Source: Myxococcota bacterium
GTDB taxonomy: Bacteria > Myxococcota > JACRCW01
Direction: 5' to 3'
Length of the DNA: 53,747 bases
Assembly: GCA_040752415.1 (NCBI GenBank)
Contig: JBFMGU010000040.1
Coordinates: 1 to 53,747 of the forward strand
Within the stretch, counting starts at the first letter, position 1; the number at the start of each line of letters is the position of its first letter. The notes beneath the pieces are model-generated. The model was not told the origin of the DNA and ran no database searches. It worked only from the letters and a program-made list of their open reading frames with translations. The translations under genes and the position numbers were made by a program. Of the stretch, positions 8,563 through 16,876 are shown in pieces.

Positions 8563-9690
8563 CTAACGTGACAGCGCCTGGATCACACTGAGACGGTGCG
8601 CCACCTCGCGCGGCAACGCTTCGCCGGCGGCGGGACGGAATTCCTCGGTCATGGACACCTCGTATTCCCGGGCGCAGTCCTTGGCCACGGGCGTGTGCGG
8701 CGCCATGCGCACGCAGCGGTCCAGGAACGCAGGATGGACGAACCACTCGGACAGGGTCGGCAGCTCACGCCACGCCACGCCCAGCACGTAGGAAGCTTCC
8801 GCCGCGCGGGCTCCCTGCGGGAACCGGGCGAGCTGCTCGTGCGCCATGTTCGCCGCGCGGTGGAGCTGGACCGCGCCGGCGCCGGGGTTCCCCTCGTTGG
8901 TGACGGCCATGCCTTCCGCGACGAGACGTTGGGCGTTGTCGGCCAGCTGTGCCTCGGTGGGGCGCGCTCCGTCGGAAGCCTCCGCCTCCCATGCCTCCAC
9001 GGCGCGGGACCACGACGCTGCGCTCTCCCGCAGCGACGCCGCCGTCCCGTGCGACTCCATCACCGCCTGGATCACCGCCCGCGCCGCCGGGGCGGAACGC
9101 TGCACCCGCACCGCCAGGGCCAATCCCTCCTCGGCCGCGCGGCTCCGCTCCCGGGGCGGGGCACCTTCGTCGCGCACCACCGAGGCGTAGACGCTGGCCG
9201 CCTCGTCGTAGCGACGGAGCGCCTGGAGGAGCGGAGCCCGTTCCAAGGGACGCAGCCCCTCGGCGCGTCGCAGCAGCTGCGGGGTCACGTACAGGGGCTC
9301 GTCCTGCGCGCTCGTGTGACAGGCCACGCAGCTGCGCGAGACGTTGACCAGCAGGCGGCGCGCGTAGGGCATCCGCCCCTCGCGGACGGCGAACTCCACC
9401 TCGCGCGACTCCGACTCCAGCAGGTCCATCATGGTCCGCGCCGTGGGATCACCGGCCATGCGCTCGCCGTGGTCGTGACGGGAAAGCACCACCAGCTCGC
9501 GCGCCTCGTCCTCCAGGCGGTGCTTCACCCGGGGACTGTTGGCCTGGTCGGTGCTCAACGTCGTCAACATGTCGGCGAGCAGCCAGGCCAGTCCGGTGCC
9601 GGCCTTCCGCTGGGAACCGTTGGCGTGGACGGTGATGATGGTTGCCGTGGCCAGGACCAGGGCGGCGAGATGGAGAGGTCGTGCGAACAT
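8563..9690 (-). CDS. Secreted monoheme c-type cytochrome with TPR-like helical C-terminus
   Basis: Signal peptide, helical domain ending in CVACH, then TPR-like helices; the ORF-track extension upstream of 9690 is repeat sequence. Confidence 0.7.
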   Translation of the reverse strand: MFARPLHLAALVLATATIITVHANGSQRKAGTGLAWLLADMLTTLSTDQANSPRVKHRLEDEARELVVLSRHDHGERMAGDPTARTMMDLLESESREVEFAVREGRMPYARRLLVNVSRSCVACHTSAQDEPLYVTPQLLRRAEGLRPLERAPLLQALRRYDEAASVYASVVRDEGAPPRERSRAAEEGLALAVRVQRSAPAARAVIQAVMESHGTAASLRESAASWSRAVEAWEAEASDGARPTEAQLADNAQRLVAEGMAVTNEGNPGAGAVQLHRAANMAHEQLARFPQGARAAEASYVLGVAWRELPTLSEWFVHPAFLDRCVRMAPHTPVAKDCAREYEVSMTEEFRPAAGEALPREVAHRLSVIQALSR

Positions 9691-9900
9691 GACGTCACGC
9701 TCCGCGTTGGACCCGCAGGCTGGCGGGCCTCCGTCCGGCGATTGCGAGCGATGTGCCAGCCGCAAGCCACCGGGCACGGAGTGGGCGCTCCCTCGAGAAC
9801 GGCGCGTCAGACCGCGGCCGGACCGCGGTGAGGTGACATCCGCGCCTCCTGACGTGGGGCACCCGTGCCCCGTGCCCCGGGGTCCACGCGTCCGGGCTGC

Positions 9901-10146
9901 AGCGGTTCCCGGTGAGGTTGACCGTGACGGAGGGTGAACCAGCCACCGGCGCAGTGAAGGCCCGTGGCCGCGCAGTCGCAAACAGGAATGGTCGCGCCAC
10001 GGGCCATTGAACCCGCTTTTGACAACCAAATGCGCCGCGGGGTCACGACGTCGACCGAGTTCTCCGTGGCGCAGCCATTCCTGTCCATTCTTGTCTGCGA
10101 TTCCGCGACACCGACAGCTTCCCCCGTGGCGCCGGCATTCTGTTCC
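9901..10146 (-). repeat. REPIN-like dispersed palindromic repeat, copy 1 (inverted relative to copies 2 and 3)
   Basis: Reverse complement aligns with 43224-43405 and 45746-45956; core GTGGCGCAGCCATTC(C/T)TGTCTGCG with a 10-bp internal duplication. Confidence 0.85.
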
Positions 10147-10187
10147 TTGGAACCGCTCCAAACTAAACATGCTCCCGCTCGACGGAG

Positions 10188-10775
10188 ATGATTGCCATGG
10201 ATCCCGCACTCCCCCGCCTCACCTCCGACACGCTCGAGGTGCTGGCCCTGTCGCTCATGCCGGCGGACGCGGTGCTGCAGTACTACGTGCGCAACCGCGC
10301 GCACCTGGAGCCGGTGGAGCCGCTGCGCCCGTCGGACTTCTACACGGTGGAGCACTGGACCCGTCGCGCGGTGCAGGCGGTGGCGGAGCTGCGGGGTGAC
10401 CGTGCGCTGCGACTTGTCGTCGTGGAACGGGACGCGCCGGACACGGTGGTGGGTGTCATCAACTACACCAACATCATCCGAGGCCCCTTCCAGGCCTGCA
10501 TGCTGGGCTTCAGCCTCGACGAGCGCGCGCAGGGACGCGGCATCATGACGCGCGCGCTGCAGCTCAGCGTGCACCACGTCTTCGACGTCATGAACCTGCA
10601 CCGCATCATGGCCAACCACATGCCGCGCAACCTGCGCAGCGCCAGCGTGCTGCAGCGCCTGGGGTTCCAGCGGGAGGGCCTGGCCGCGGCGTACGTGCGC
10701 ATCCACGGCGCGTGGGAGGACCACGTGCTCAACAGCCTGGTGAATCCCACGTGGCGCGAGACCAACCCGGACTGA
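10188..10775 (+). CDS. rimJ: RimJ-like GNAT N-acetyltransferase
   Basis: YYVRNRAHLEPVEP, NIIRGPFQACMLGFSL, NLHRIMANHMPRNLRSASVLQRLGFQREG, WEDHVL. Confidence 0.85.
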   Translation: MIAMDPALPRLTSDTLEVLALSLMPADAVLQYYVRNRAHLEPVEPLRPSDFYTVEHWTRRAVQAVAELRGDRALRLVVVERDAPDTVVGVINYTNIIRGPFQACMLGFSLDERAQGRGIMTRALQLSVHHVFDVMNLHRIMANHMPRNLRSASVLQRLGFQREGLAAAYVRIHGAWEDHVLNSLVNPTWRETNPD

Positions 10776-10846
10776 GCGCTTTCCGTCCGCGCGAGCGTCG
10801 TGACAGGCTCAGGCGCACTTTTCCGTCAGACCACCGGAGGGGACAC

Positions 10847-11269
10847 ATGAAGAGCTTTGAGGCACGCATCACCATCCAGGCGCCGCGGGAGAAGATCTGG
10901 GCCATCCTCACCGACGCCGCCGCGTACCCGTCGTGGAACACCACCATCACGAAGATTGAGGGCACCATCTCCCCGGGCCAGTCCCTGAAGATCTGGACCA
11001 CGCTGGACCCCAAGCGGGCCTTCCCCGCCAAGGTCTCGGAGATGCAGGCGCCGCAGCGCATGGTGTGGTCGTTCTCCGCGCCGCTGGGCATGTTCAAGGG
11101 CGCGCGCACCTTCACGCTGGAGGAGAAGGGCGGCGGCGCGGTGGAATTCCACACCCGCGAGGAGTTCAGCGGCTGGCTCTCCGGCCCCATCACCAGCAAG
11201 ATGCCCGACCTGCAGCCCAGCTTTGACGCGTGGGCCGCCTGCCTCAAGCGCCGCGCCGAGTCGGCGTGA
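10847..11269 (+). CDS. SRPBCC domain protein
   Basis: ITIQAPREKIWAILTDAAAYPSWN...EEFSG...LKRRAES; RBS GGAGGG. Confidence 0.9.
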   Translation: MKSFEARITIQAPREKIWAILTDAAAYPSWNTTITKIEGTISPGQSLKIWTTLDPKRAFPAKVSEMQAPQRMVWSFSAPLGMFKGARTFTLEEKGGGAVEFHTREEFSGWLSGPITSKMPDLQPSFDAWAACLKRRAESA

Positions 11270-11333
11270 CGCTGCGCCCCGACGGAGTGATGGCTCCCCT
11301 TGGCTCTGGCGCCGTCAGGATGGGGCCCAAATG

Positions 11334-11370
11334 AAAAGCCGCGGCCGGGAGGGTTCCCAGACCGCGGCTT
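11334..11370 (-). terminator. Intrinsic terminator between convergent genes
   Basis: AAGCCGCGG...CCGCGGCTT stem with an A4 run on plus (U run on minus), just after the small lipoprotein stop. Confidence 0.65.
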
Positions 11371-11393
11371 CCTTCAACCGACAACCGCGTTGA

Positions 11394-11585
11394 TCACTGC
11401 GGAGCAGCAGCCGGAGCAGCGCCACCATCGGCGTCAGCGGCCGGAGCGGCACCAGCGTCGGCGGCCGCAGCGGGAGCAGCCTCCACGGGTTTGTCCTCCT
11501 TCTTGGCCTCCTTGCTACCACCACACGCCACCGCGGTCGCCAAGGCCAGCGCCGACAAGGCAAGCACCACGCGCTTCATCTTCAT
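11394..11585 (-). CDS. Small Ala/Pro-rich lipoprotein
   Basis: MKMKRVVLALSALALATAVA|CGGSKEAKKEDKP; RBS GGAGGA. Confidence 0.8.
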   Translation of the reverse strand: MKMKRVVLALSALALATAVACGGSKEAKKEDKPVEAAPAAAADAGAAPAADADGGAAPAAAPQ

Positions 11586-11794
11586 TCCTCCAGGTCGCAG
11601 TTTGAATGCCCGCATTCACCGACGGCCGGTTGATGGGGACGTGCAGCTTAAACATCAACATGACCGGGTGCGTCAAGTTTCACGTTGCGCAGGGTGACCG
11701 ACGTCAACCGGAGGAGGCCACGGCCCGTGGCGTCCCGACCCGCTACATCCCCGACGGAAGCGGGCCACCAGGAGGGCCCCGGGGACGTCGTGGC

Positions 11795-12280
11795 ATGGCA
11801 ACCGTGAAGGCGTGGGGGCCGCCGGCCCTGCCCCGGATCAGCGCGCAGGTGCTGGACGCGGCCTCCGTGGTGGGGCTGCTGGTGTGCTGGCTGGGGCCGG
11901 TGCTGGCCTGGCCATGGCTGCCGGAGCGGATCCCGGTGCACCTGACACTGACCGGGGAGGTGGACGCCTGGGGCTCGCGCGCGGCGCTCTTTCTGTTGCC
12001 CGCGCTGGGAACCCCGCCGCTGGTCCTGCTGCATGCGCTCGTCCGTCAGCCCGCGCGCGCCCTGCCTCGCCACGCGCAATCCCTGGACGACATCCTGCGC
12101 AGCCTCTTCCGCTGGATCCGCACCCTGGTGGTGTGGCTGCTGTGCCTGATGCAGTGGGAGCTGATGGCGGTGGCCACCGGCCATGACGACGGGAGATCCC
12201 TGCTGGTGCTGGCCCTGGGCGTGGGGGCGCTGCTGGCCACGGTGGCCGGGCACCTGCGGCTGGCCTGGCGCGCGCGTTAG
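11795..12280 (+). CDS. DUF1648 (SdpI-like) membrane protein
   Basis: WPWLPERIPVHLTLTGEVDAWGSR...LFLLP; four hydrophobic segments. Confidence 0.85.
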   Translation: MATVKAWGPPALPRISAQVLDAASVVGLLVCWLGPVLAWPWLPERIPVHLTLTGEVDAWGSRAALFLLPALGTPPLVLLHALVRQPARALPRHAQSLDDILRSLFRWIRTLVVWLLCLMQWELMAVATGHDDGRSLLVLALGVGALLATVAGHLRLAWRAR

Positions 12281-12297
12281 ACACCGGGTCGGTCGGT

Positions 12298-12432
12298 TGT
12301 CGACGCGGAAGCGCCCGTGCCCGCCTGTCGGGAACCCGCCGTGCCGCGGTGGTCGTGGGGAACCCCTGCTGCCGACGGGGCCCTCAAGCCGGGCACGGGC
12401 AGGGGCAGGGCACGGGCGCTTCCACGTCGACA
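12298..12432. repeat. Intergenic inverted repeat, 25-bp arms
   Basis: TGTCGACGCGGAAGCGCCCGTGCCC (12298-12322) vs GGGCACGGGCGCTTCCACGTCGACA (12408-12432), one mismatch. Confidence 0.8.
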
Positions 12433-12590
12433 CGATCCGCGTCGCGAACCTTGTCGACGCATGGGTTGCGCACGCCCCACCACGCGCGCGGATCTTGCGC
12501 GATCTCCAAGGTGAATCCTGCTCGCGCTCCCCGGGCTCTCTCCGGGCAGGAACCACGGCACGGGCGTGCCGCGCAGCCAAGGAGAGCGTC

Positions 12591-12821
12591 ATGTTGGAGA
12601 AGATCTTCCCGACCAATGAGCACGTCGTGGAGCGGGTGGTGCGGGTGGTGTTGGGCCTGGTGGTGCTGGCGCTGGTGTTCGTGGGACCGCGCACGCCGTG
12701 GGGCTGGCTGGGCCTGGTGCCGTTGGCCACGGGTTTGCTGGGCAGCTGTCCGCTCTACACCGTGTTCGGCTTCAGCACATGCTCGCTCAAGACCCCGCGC
12801 ACCCCCAAGCTGACGACGTGA
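12591..12821 (+). CDS. DUF2892 (YgaP-like) membrane protein
   Basis: NEHVVERVVRVVLG...WGWLGLVPLATGLLGSCPLYTVFGFSTC. Confidence 0.9.
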   Translation: MLEKIFPTNEHVVERVVRVVLGLVVLALVFVGPRTPWGWLGLVPLATGLLGSCPLYTVFGFSTCSLKTPRTPKLTT

Positions 12822-13384
12822 CCCTGCTGGAGCAGGCGCACGCGGGCAACCGGGACGCTTTCACCGCGCTGGTGGCGCGCTACCAGGCGCCGGTGTTCCG
12901 CTATCTGCGAACGCTGACGCGCACGCCGCAGGAGGCGGAGGACGCGCTGCAGCAGACGTTCCTGGCGGTGTGGCGCTCGCTGCTCCCCGACTCCGGGGCC
13001 GGCAAGCGCGGTGAGGGCAGCGTGCGGGCATGGCTGTTCACCATCGCGCGCCACGCGGCCTACCGTCAGGGACGTCGTCACGCGGGCGAGCCCGACACGC
13101 TGGAGTCCCTGGAGTCGCTGGGCGAGCGCGCCGGCTGGGGTGAGCCGGAGGACCCCGAGCGCGTGGCCATGCTGCTGGAGGACCGGGAACGCCTGCACGC
13201 CGCGCTGGCGCGCCTGTCCGACGACGACCGCGAGGTCATCCTGTTGCGTGACGTGGAAGGCTTGAGTGGCGAGGACGCCGCGCGGGTGCTGGACCTCCCG
13301 CTGGCGAACCTGAAGACGCGGCTGCACCGCGCGCGCCTGAGGTTGCGGGCGGCGCTGCAGCAGGAGGTGCGCCATGAAGGGTGA
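12818..13384 (+). CDS. ECF RNA polymerase sigma factor
   Basis: AEDALQQTFL, RAWLFTIARH, REVILLRDVEGLSGEDAARVL...KTRLHRAR; GTGA overlap. Confidence 0.92.
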   Translation: MTLLEQAHAGNRDAFTALVARYQAPVFRYLRTLTRTPQEAEDALQQTFLAVWRSLLPDSGAGKRGEGSVRAWLFTIARHAAYRQGRRHAGEPDTLESLESLGERAGWGEPEDPERVAMLLEDRERLHAALARLSDDDREVILLRDVEGLSGEDAARVLDLPLANLKTRLHRARLRLRAALQQEVRHEG

Positions 13385-13628
13385 GCAGAACGTGGGTGGC
13401 CTGTGGTGCCACCAGGTGCTCACGCTGCTGAGCGACTACCTCGACGGCGAGCTGGCCTCCGAGCAGAAGCGCCAGGTGGAGGCTCACGTCTCACGTTGCC
13501 AGCAGTGTGAGCGTTTCGGGGGTGATTTTGCGCGGATGGTGCAGGCGGTGGCGCGCCACGCGGAGCCGGCGGAGTTGCCGGAGGATGTGTCGCGGCGACT
13601 GACGGAGGCGCTGCAACGGGGCCGGTGA
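13374..13628 (+). CDS. zf-HC2 zinc-binding anti-sigma factor
   Basis: CHQVLTLLSDYLDGEL...HVSRCQQC (Hx3Cx2C). Confidence 0.9.
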   Translation: MKGEQNVGGLWCHQVLTLLSDYLDGELASEQKRQVEAHVSRCQQCERFGGDFARMVQAVARHAEPAELPEDVSRRLTEALQRGR

Positions 13629-13633
13629 CCAGG

Positions 13634-15427
13634 TCACGCCTGCGCGCGCAACGCCGCCTTCCCCTGCGCCTGGAACTCCTTGACGAACGCCTTTTCCGAC
13701 GGAGAGAGCAGCTTCTGGTCAATGAGGCGCGGGTCCAGCGGGGAGAAGGTCAGCGGCTTCACCCGCAGCCAGCCCTTGTGCTCGGGGTGCTCCTCCAGCG
13801 TGCACAGGTTCTCGATGCGGATGCCGCCCCACCCCGGCAGGTACACGCCCGGCTCGATGGAGAAGACATAGCCCGCGCCCAGCGGCGTGGTGGAGCGCAT
13901 GGAGATGGACGGCGGCGCCTCGTGCACGTTGATGCCCACGCCGTGCCCGGTGCCGTGGTTGTAGTTCAGCCCGTGGTCCCACAGCGGCTTGCGCGTGATG
14001 GCATCCAGCGCCACGCCGGAGACGCCCTGCGGCACCACCGCGGTCATGCCCGCAATGGCCGACTTCAAGGTGAGCGTGTAGAGGCGCTTCTGCTCGTCGG
14101 TGGCCTGGGTCCTGGAGCCGCCGGCCAGGAAGGTGCGGGTGAGGTCGGTGGCGTAGCCGTCCTCGTAGTAGGCGCCGGTGTCCAGCAGCATGAGCTCGCC
14201 GCGCTGAATGACGCGCTCGGGGTCGGGCGTGCTGTAGTGGATGATGGCGCCGTTGGCGCCCGCGGCGCTGATGACCTTGAAGGAAAGACCCACCGCGCCG
14301 CTGCGTCGGAAGGTCTTCTCCACCTTGCTGGCAAAATCCGCCTCGGTGACCTTCTCCCCCTTCTCCACCGCGCGACACAGCCACGAGATGGCCTGGCTCA
14401 CCACGCGGTCCGCCTTGCGGAAGGCTTCCACCATGCGCGTGAGCTCGGCGCCGGTCTTGCGCGCCTTCATCTCGGTGAGCGGGCCGGACATGGGGAGCGC
14501 GGTGAATCCCGCCGCCACCAGGAGCTGGCGCGCGGCCTCGGTGGTGGCGCTGGCGTCGTAGGCGGCCTTGCGTCCCGGTCCGGCAATCTCCTGCAGCGCC
14601 TGCGGCAGCGCCTTCTCGTCGACAAACCGGAAGCCGGGTCGCGCGGCGGGCAGCGCCTCGGGGGCGGTGCGGGAGTGGAAGCAGACCAGCGCACCCTGGC
14701 GGCCCACCGCGCCCATGCCCTTGAAGGTGGCCTGGTAGGGGAGCTCGTCGGCGCGGAGGTTGGTGAGGTAGGCCAGGTCATCCAGCTTCTGCACCAGGAA
14801 GAGGTCCAGGCCCGCCTGCTCCAGCGCCTTCTGCACCGCCGCCACCTTCTCCGCCGCGCTGCGCCCCACGCGCGCCTCGTCCAGGATGCGCAGCTCCCCG
14901 GGCTTGAGCCGCACCGGCCCGCGCACCTCCTCGACGGGGGAGACCGCCAGCGGCACGCTCTTGGCGGTGGTTCCCTCGAGCATGCGGTCCAGCGCTTCGC
15001 GCTCGTGCACGGTGAAGCGGTCGGTCTCGTAGCCCACGGCCTTGACCGCGCCGGAGCGCACCTGCTCCTGCAGCTTGCCCAGCACGCCGGAGTAGATGGG
15101 CTCCGCCATGGAGAGCTTCACCACCGTCCAGTGCGCGGGGTCGGTCTCCTGGTCCGCCTGCAGGTGGTAGCGCCCGTCCACCACGACGAACGCGGCCTCC
15201 CGGGTCACCAGCGCGTCGCCCATGCTGCCGGTGAAACCGGTGAGCCACTCCCGCGTGCTCTCGGCCTGCGGCACGTACTCGTTGAGATAGCGGTCGGTGG
15301 AGCGGACAATGAGCGCGTCCACGCCGTGCTGCGCCATCTTCTCGCGCAGGGCGCGCAGCCGCTCGGTGTGCTGGTGACGTCGGGATTCCGTGCTGCGGGC
15401 GGGCTGGTCCGCGGTCTGGGTGGTCAT
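13634..15427 (-). CDS. Xaa-Pro aminopeptidase (peptidase M24, aminopeptidase P family)
   Basis: WLTGFTGSMG, DGRY, DTGAYYEDGYATDLTRT, HGTGHGVGINVHEAP, SIEPGVY...GIRIEN. Confidence 0.95.
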   Translation of the reverse strand: MTTQTADQPARSTESRRHQHTERLRALREKMAQHGVDALIVRSTDRYLNEYVPQAESTREWLTGFTGSMGDALVTREAAFVVVDGRYHLQADQETDPAHWTVVKLSMAEPIYSGVLGKLQEQVRSGAVKAVGYETDRFTVHEREALDRMLEGTTAKSVPLAVSPVEEVRGPVRLKPGELRILDEARVGRSAAEKVAAVQKALEQAGLDLFLVQKLDDLAYLTNLRADELPYQATFKGMGAVGRQGALVCFHSRTAPEALPAARPGFRFVDEKALPQALQEIAGPGRKAAYDASATTEAARQLLVAAGFTALPMSGPLTEMKARKTGAELTRMVEAFRKADRVVSQAISWLCRAVEKGEKVTEADFASKVEKTFRRSGAVGLSFKVISAAGANGAIIHYSTPDPERVIQRGELMLLDTGAYYEDGYATDLTRTFLAGGSRTQATDEQKRLYTLTLKSAIAGMTAVVPQGVSGVALDAITRKPLWDHGLNYNHGTGHGVGINVHEAPPSISMRSTTPLGAGYVFSIEPGVYLPGWGGIRIENLCTLEEHPEHKGWLRVKPLTFSPLDPRLIDQKLLSPSEKAFVKEFQAQGKAALRAQA

Positions 15428-15493
15428 GGAGGCTCCTTGGCGGAGCGCTTCTTTAGCAGGGGAGCACGCCTCGGGCAGCCCTCCGCCGTCTCG

Positions 15494-15979
15494 TCACCCG
15501 CGCGTGGAGCGGTGTGACAGCGAGCTGGGCGCATTGACGTTGGCGCCCTCGTCGACACCCACGCCCAGGCGGTCCACCAGCTCTCCGCCCAGCCACCCGG
15601 TCACCAGCAGCACCATCACCCCGAGCCCACTCAGCACGAAGGCCAGCCGCGTGGGCGCGCCGGGATCCGCGTTGCGCACGTAGAAGCTGCCGATGAAGAG
15701 CAGCAGCATCACCACGTTCCCGAGGCCATGGTACAGGCCGATGGCCTTGGCGCGCGTGCCAGCGGGGATCTTGAACCAGTCAATGACGCCAAACACCGCC
15801 GCGGCCAACGCGCCCAGGATGCCCGCGCTGATCATGAGGTACGCGGCGCGCGCGTAGTCGGCATTCTCCGTCGACAGGTTGATGAGGTCGAAGATGAAGG
15901 AGACCAGGAACAATCCCGCCGGGATGACAATCAGCATGGGATGCACCGGGTGTCCGAGGAGCTTGACGCGGCTGTCCAT
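15494..15979 (-). CDS. DUF2231 membrane protein
   Basis: GHPVHPMLIVIP, G.IDW, HGLGN, GWLGGELVDRLGVGVD. Confidence 0.9.
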   Translation of the reverse strand: MDSRVKLLGHPVHPMLIVIPAGLFLVSFIFDLINLSTENADYARAAYLMISAGILGALAAAVFGVIDWFKIPAGTRAKAIGLYHGLGNVVMLLLFIGSFYVRNADPGAPTRLAFVLSGLGVMVLLVTGWLGGELVDRLGVGVDEGANVNAPSSLSHRSTRG

Positions 15980-16107
15980 GACGTCCTCCGGAGCGTGACG
16001 GCACCGCTGGCCGTACCCGTGAGGTACGCACGTCTCCGACGGGCAGCAAGACCATCACCGACGAGACCCAGGCCGCGGACATGCGCGTTGGCCGTGGAAA
16101 CACCCGG

Positions 16108-16356
16108 AACCGTGGACTGCTGCGTTCCCCGGCTGCACCGTTCCGAAGTCCACGGCATTCCAGGGCCGCGTAAGCCCCGAAGCGGGCAGAGCCCGTCGGG
16201 GCTTCTTCCGGTGGGAACCCCATTCCGGCTCCGCCGACGACAACGCTTCAACAACGGAAGAAGCCCCGACGGGCTTTGCCCGCTTCGGGGCTTACGCGGC
16301 CCTGCAATGCCGTGGACTTCGGAACGGTGCAGCCGGGAAAACGGCAGTCCACGGTT
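16108..16356. repeat. Long near-perfect inverted repeat (~103-bp arms, 44-bp spacer), REPIN-like
   Basis: Arms 16108-16210 and 16255-16356; each arm contains sub-hairpins CCGTGGACT/AGTCCACGG and GCCCCGA...TCGGGGC. Confidence 0.92.
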
Positions 16357-16362
16357 TCAAGA

Positions 16363-16794
16363 TCAGTGGACCATCCTCCGTCTCGGCGGTGGGGGCGGCG
16401 GCGGCGGATTGGGATTGGGTCGGGTCACCATGGGGCTGGCGTGGTGGTGCACCATCTTCCACGCGCTGCCTTCCAGGATGAACACGTTGGTGGCCACCAG
16501 CTTCCCCTGCGGCAGATCCTCCGTGCACAACACGTACGCAAAACCGCCCATCACGTGCGCGGTGGCCGCGGCGTAGCGCACCGGTGGCGCGTTGCCGCCG
16601 TTGAGGATCACCGCCCAGCTCGTCATGACCTCGGGTCGCCCCACCAGCGGTCGCCAGCCGGGATGCAGACAGGCCACCGGCGCGTCCTGCGCCCACACCT
16701 CGTCCATGGCGCACAGGTCCTGCTTCGCAAACGCCTCATAGAAGGCCGCATTGGCAGCTAGGACGGCATCTTGGGGAGACATGGTCGCCGTCAT
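16363..16794 (-). CDS. SnoaL-like / NTF2 family protein
   Basis: VLAANAAFYEAF, CLHPGW..LVGR.EV..SW, ATNVF...WKMVHHHASP. Confidence 0.9.
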   Translation of the reverse strand: MTATMSPQDAVLAANAAFYEAFAKQDLCAMDEVWAQDAPVACLHPGWRPLVGRPEVMTSWAVILNGGNAPPVRYAAATAHVMGGFAYVLCTEDLPQGKLVATNVFILEGSAWKMVHHHASPMVTRPNPNPPPPPPPPRRRMVH

Positions 16795-16876
16795 AGCGTG
16801 CGGCACCGCGGACCGCACACGTCCGCGCCAGCACTGGCATGGGCAGGGCCGTTTGTGCCAGACCTCTGCCACCGCG

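Noticed and set aside
9691..10209. N-terminal extensions of ORF-track calls 8563-10209, 42601-43653, 32428-36444 and 46662-49073
   Set aside because: The extensions translate repeats, intergenic DNA or neighbouring genes; better starts with a signal peptide or RBS lie downstream.
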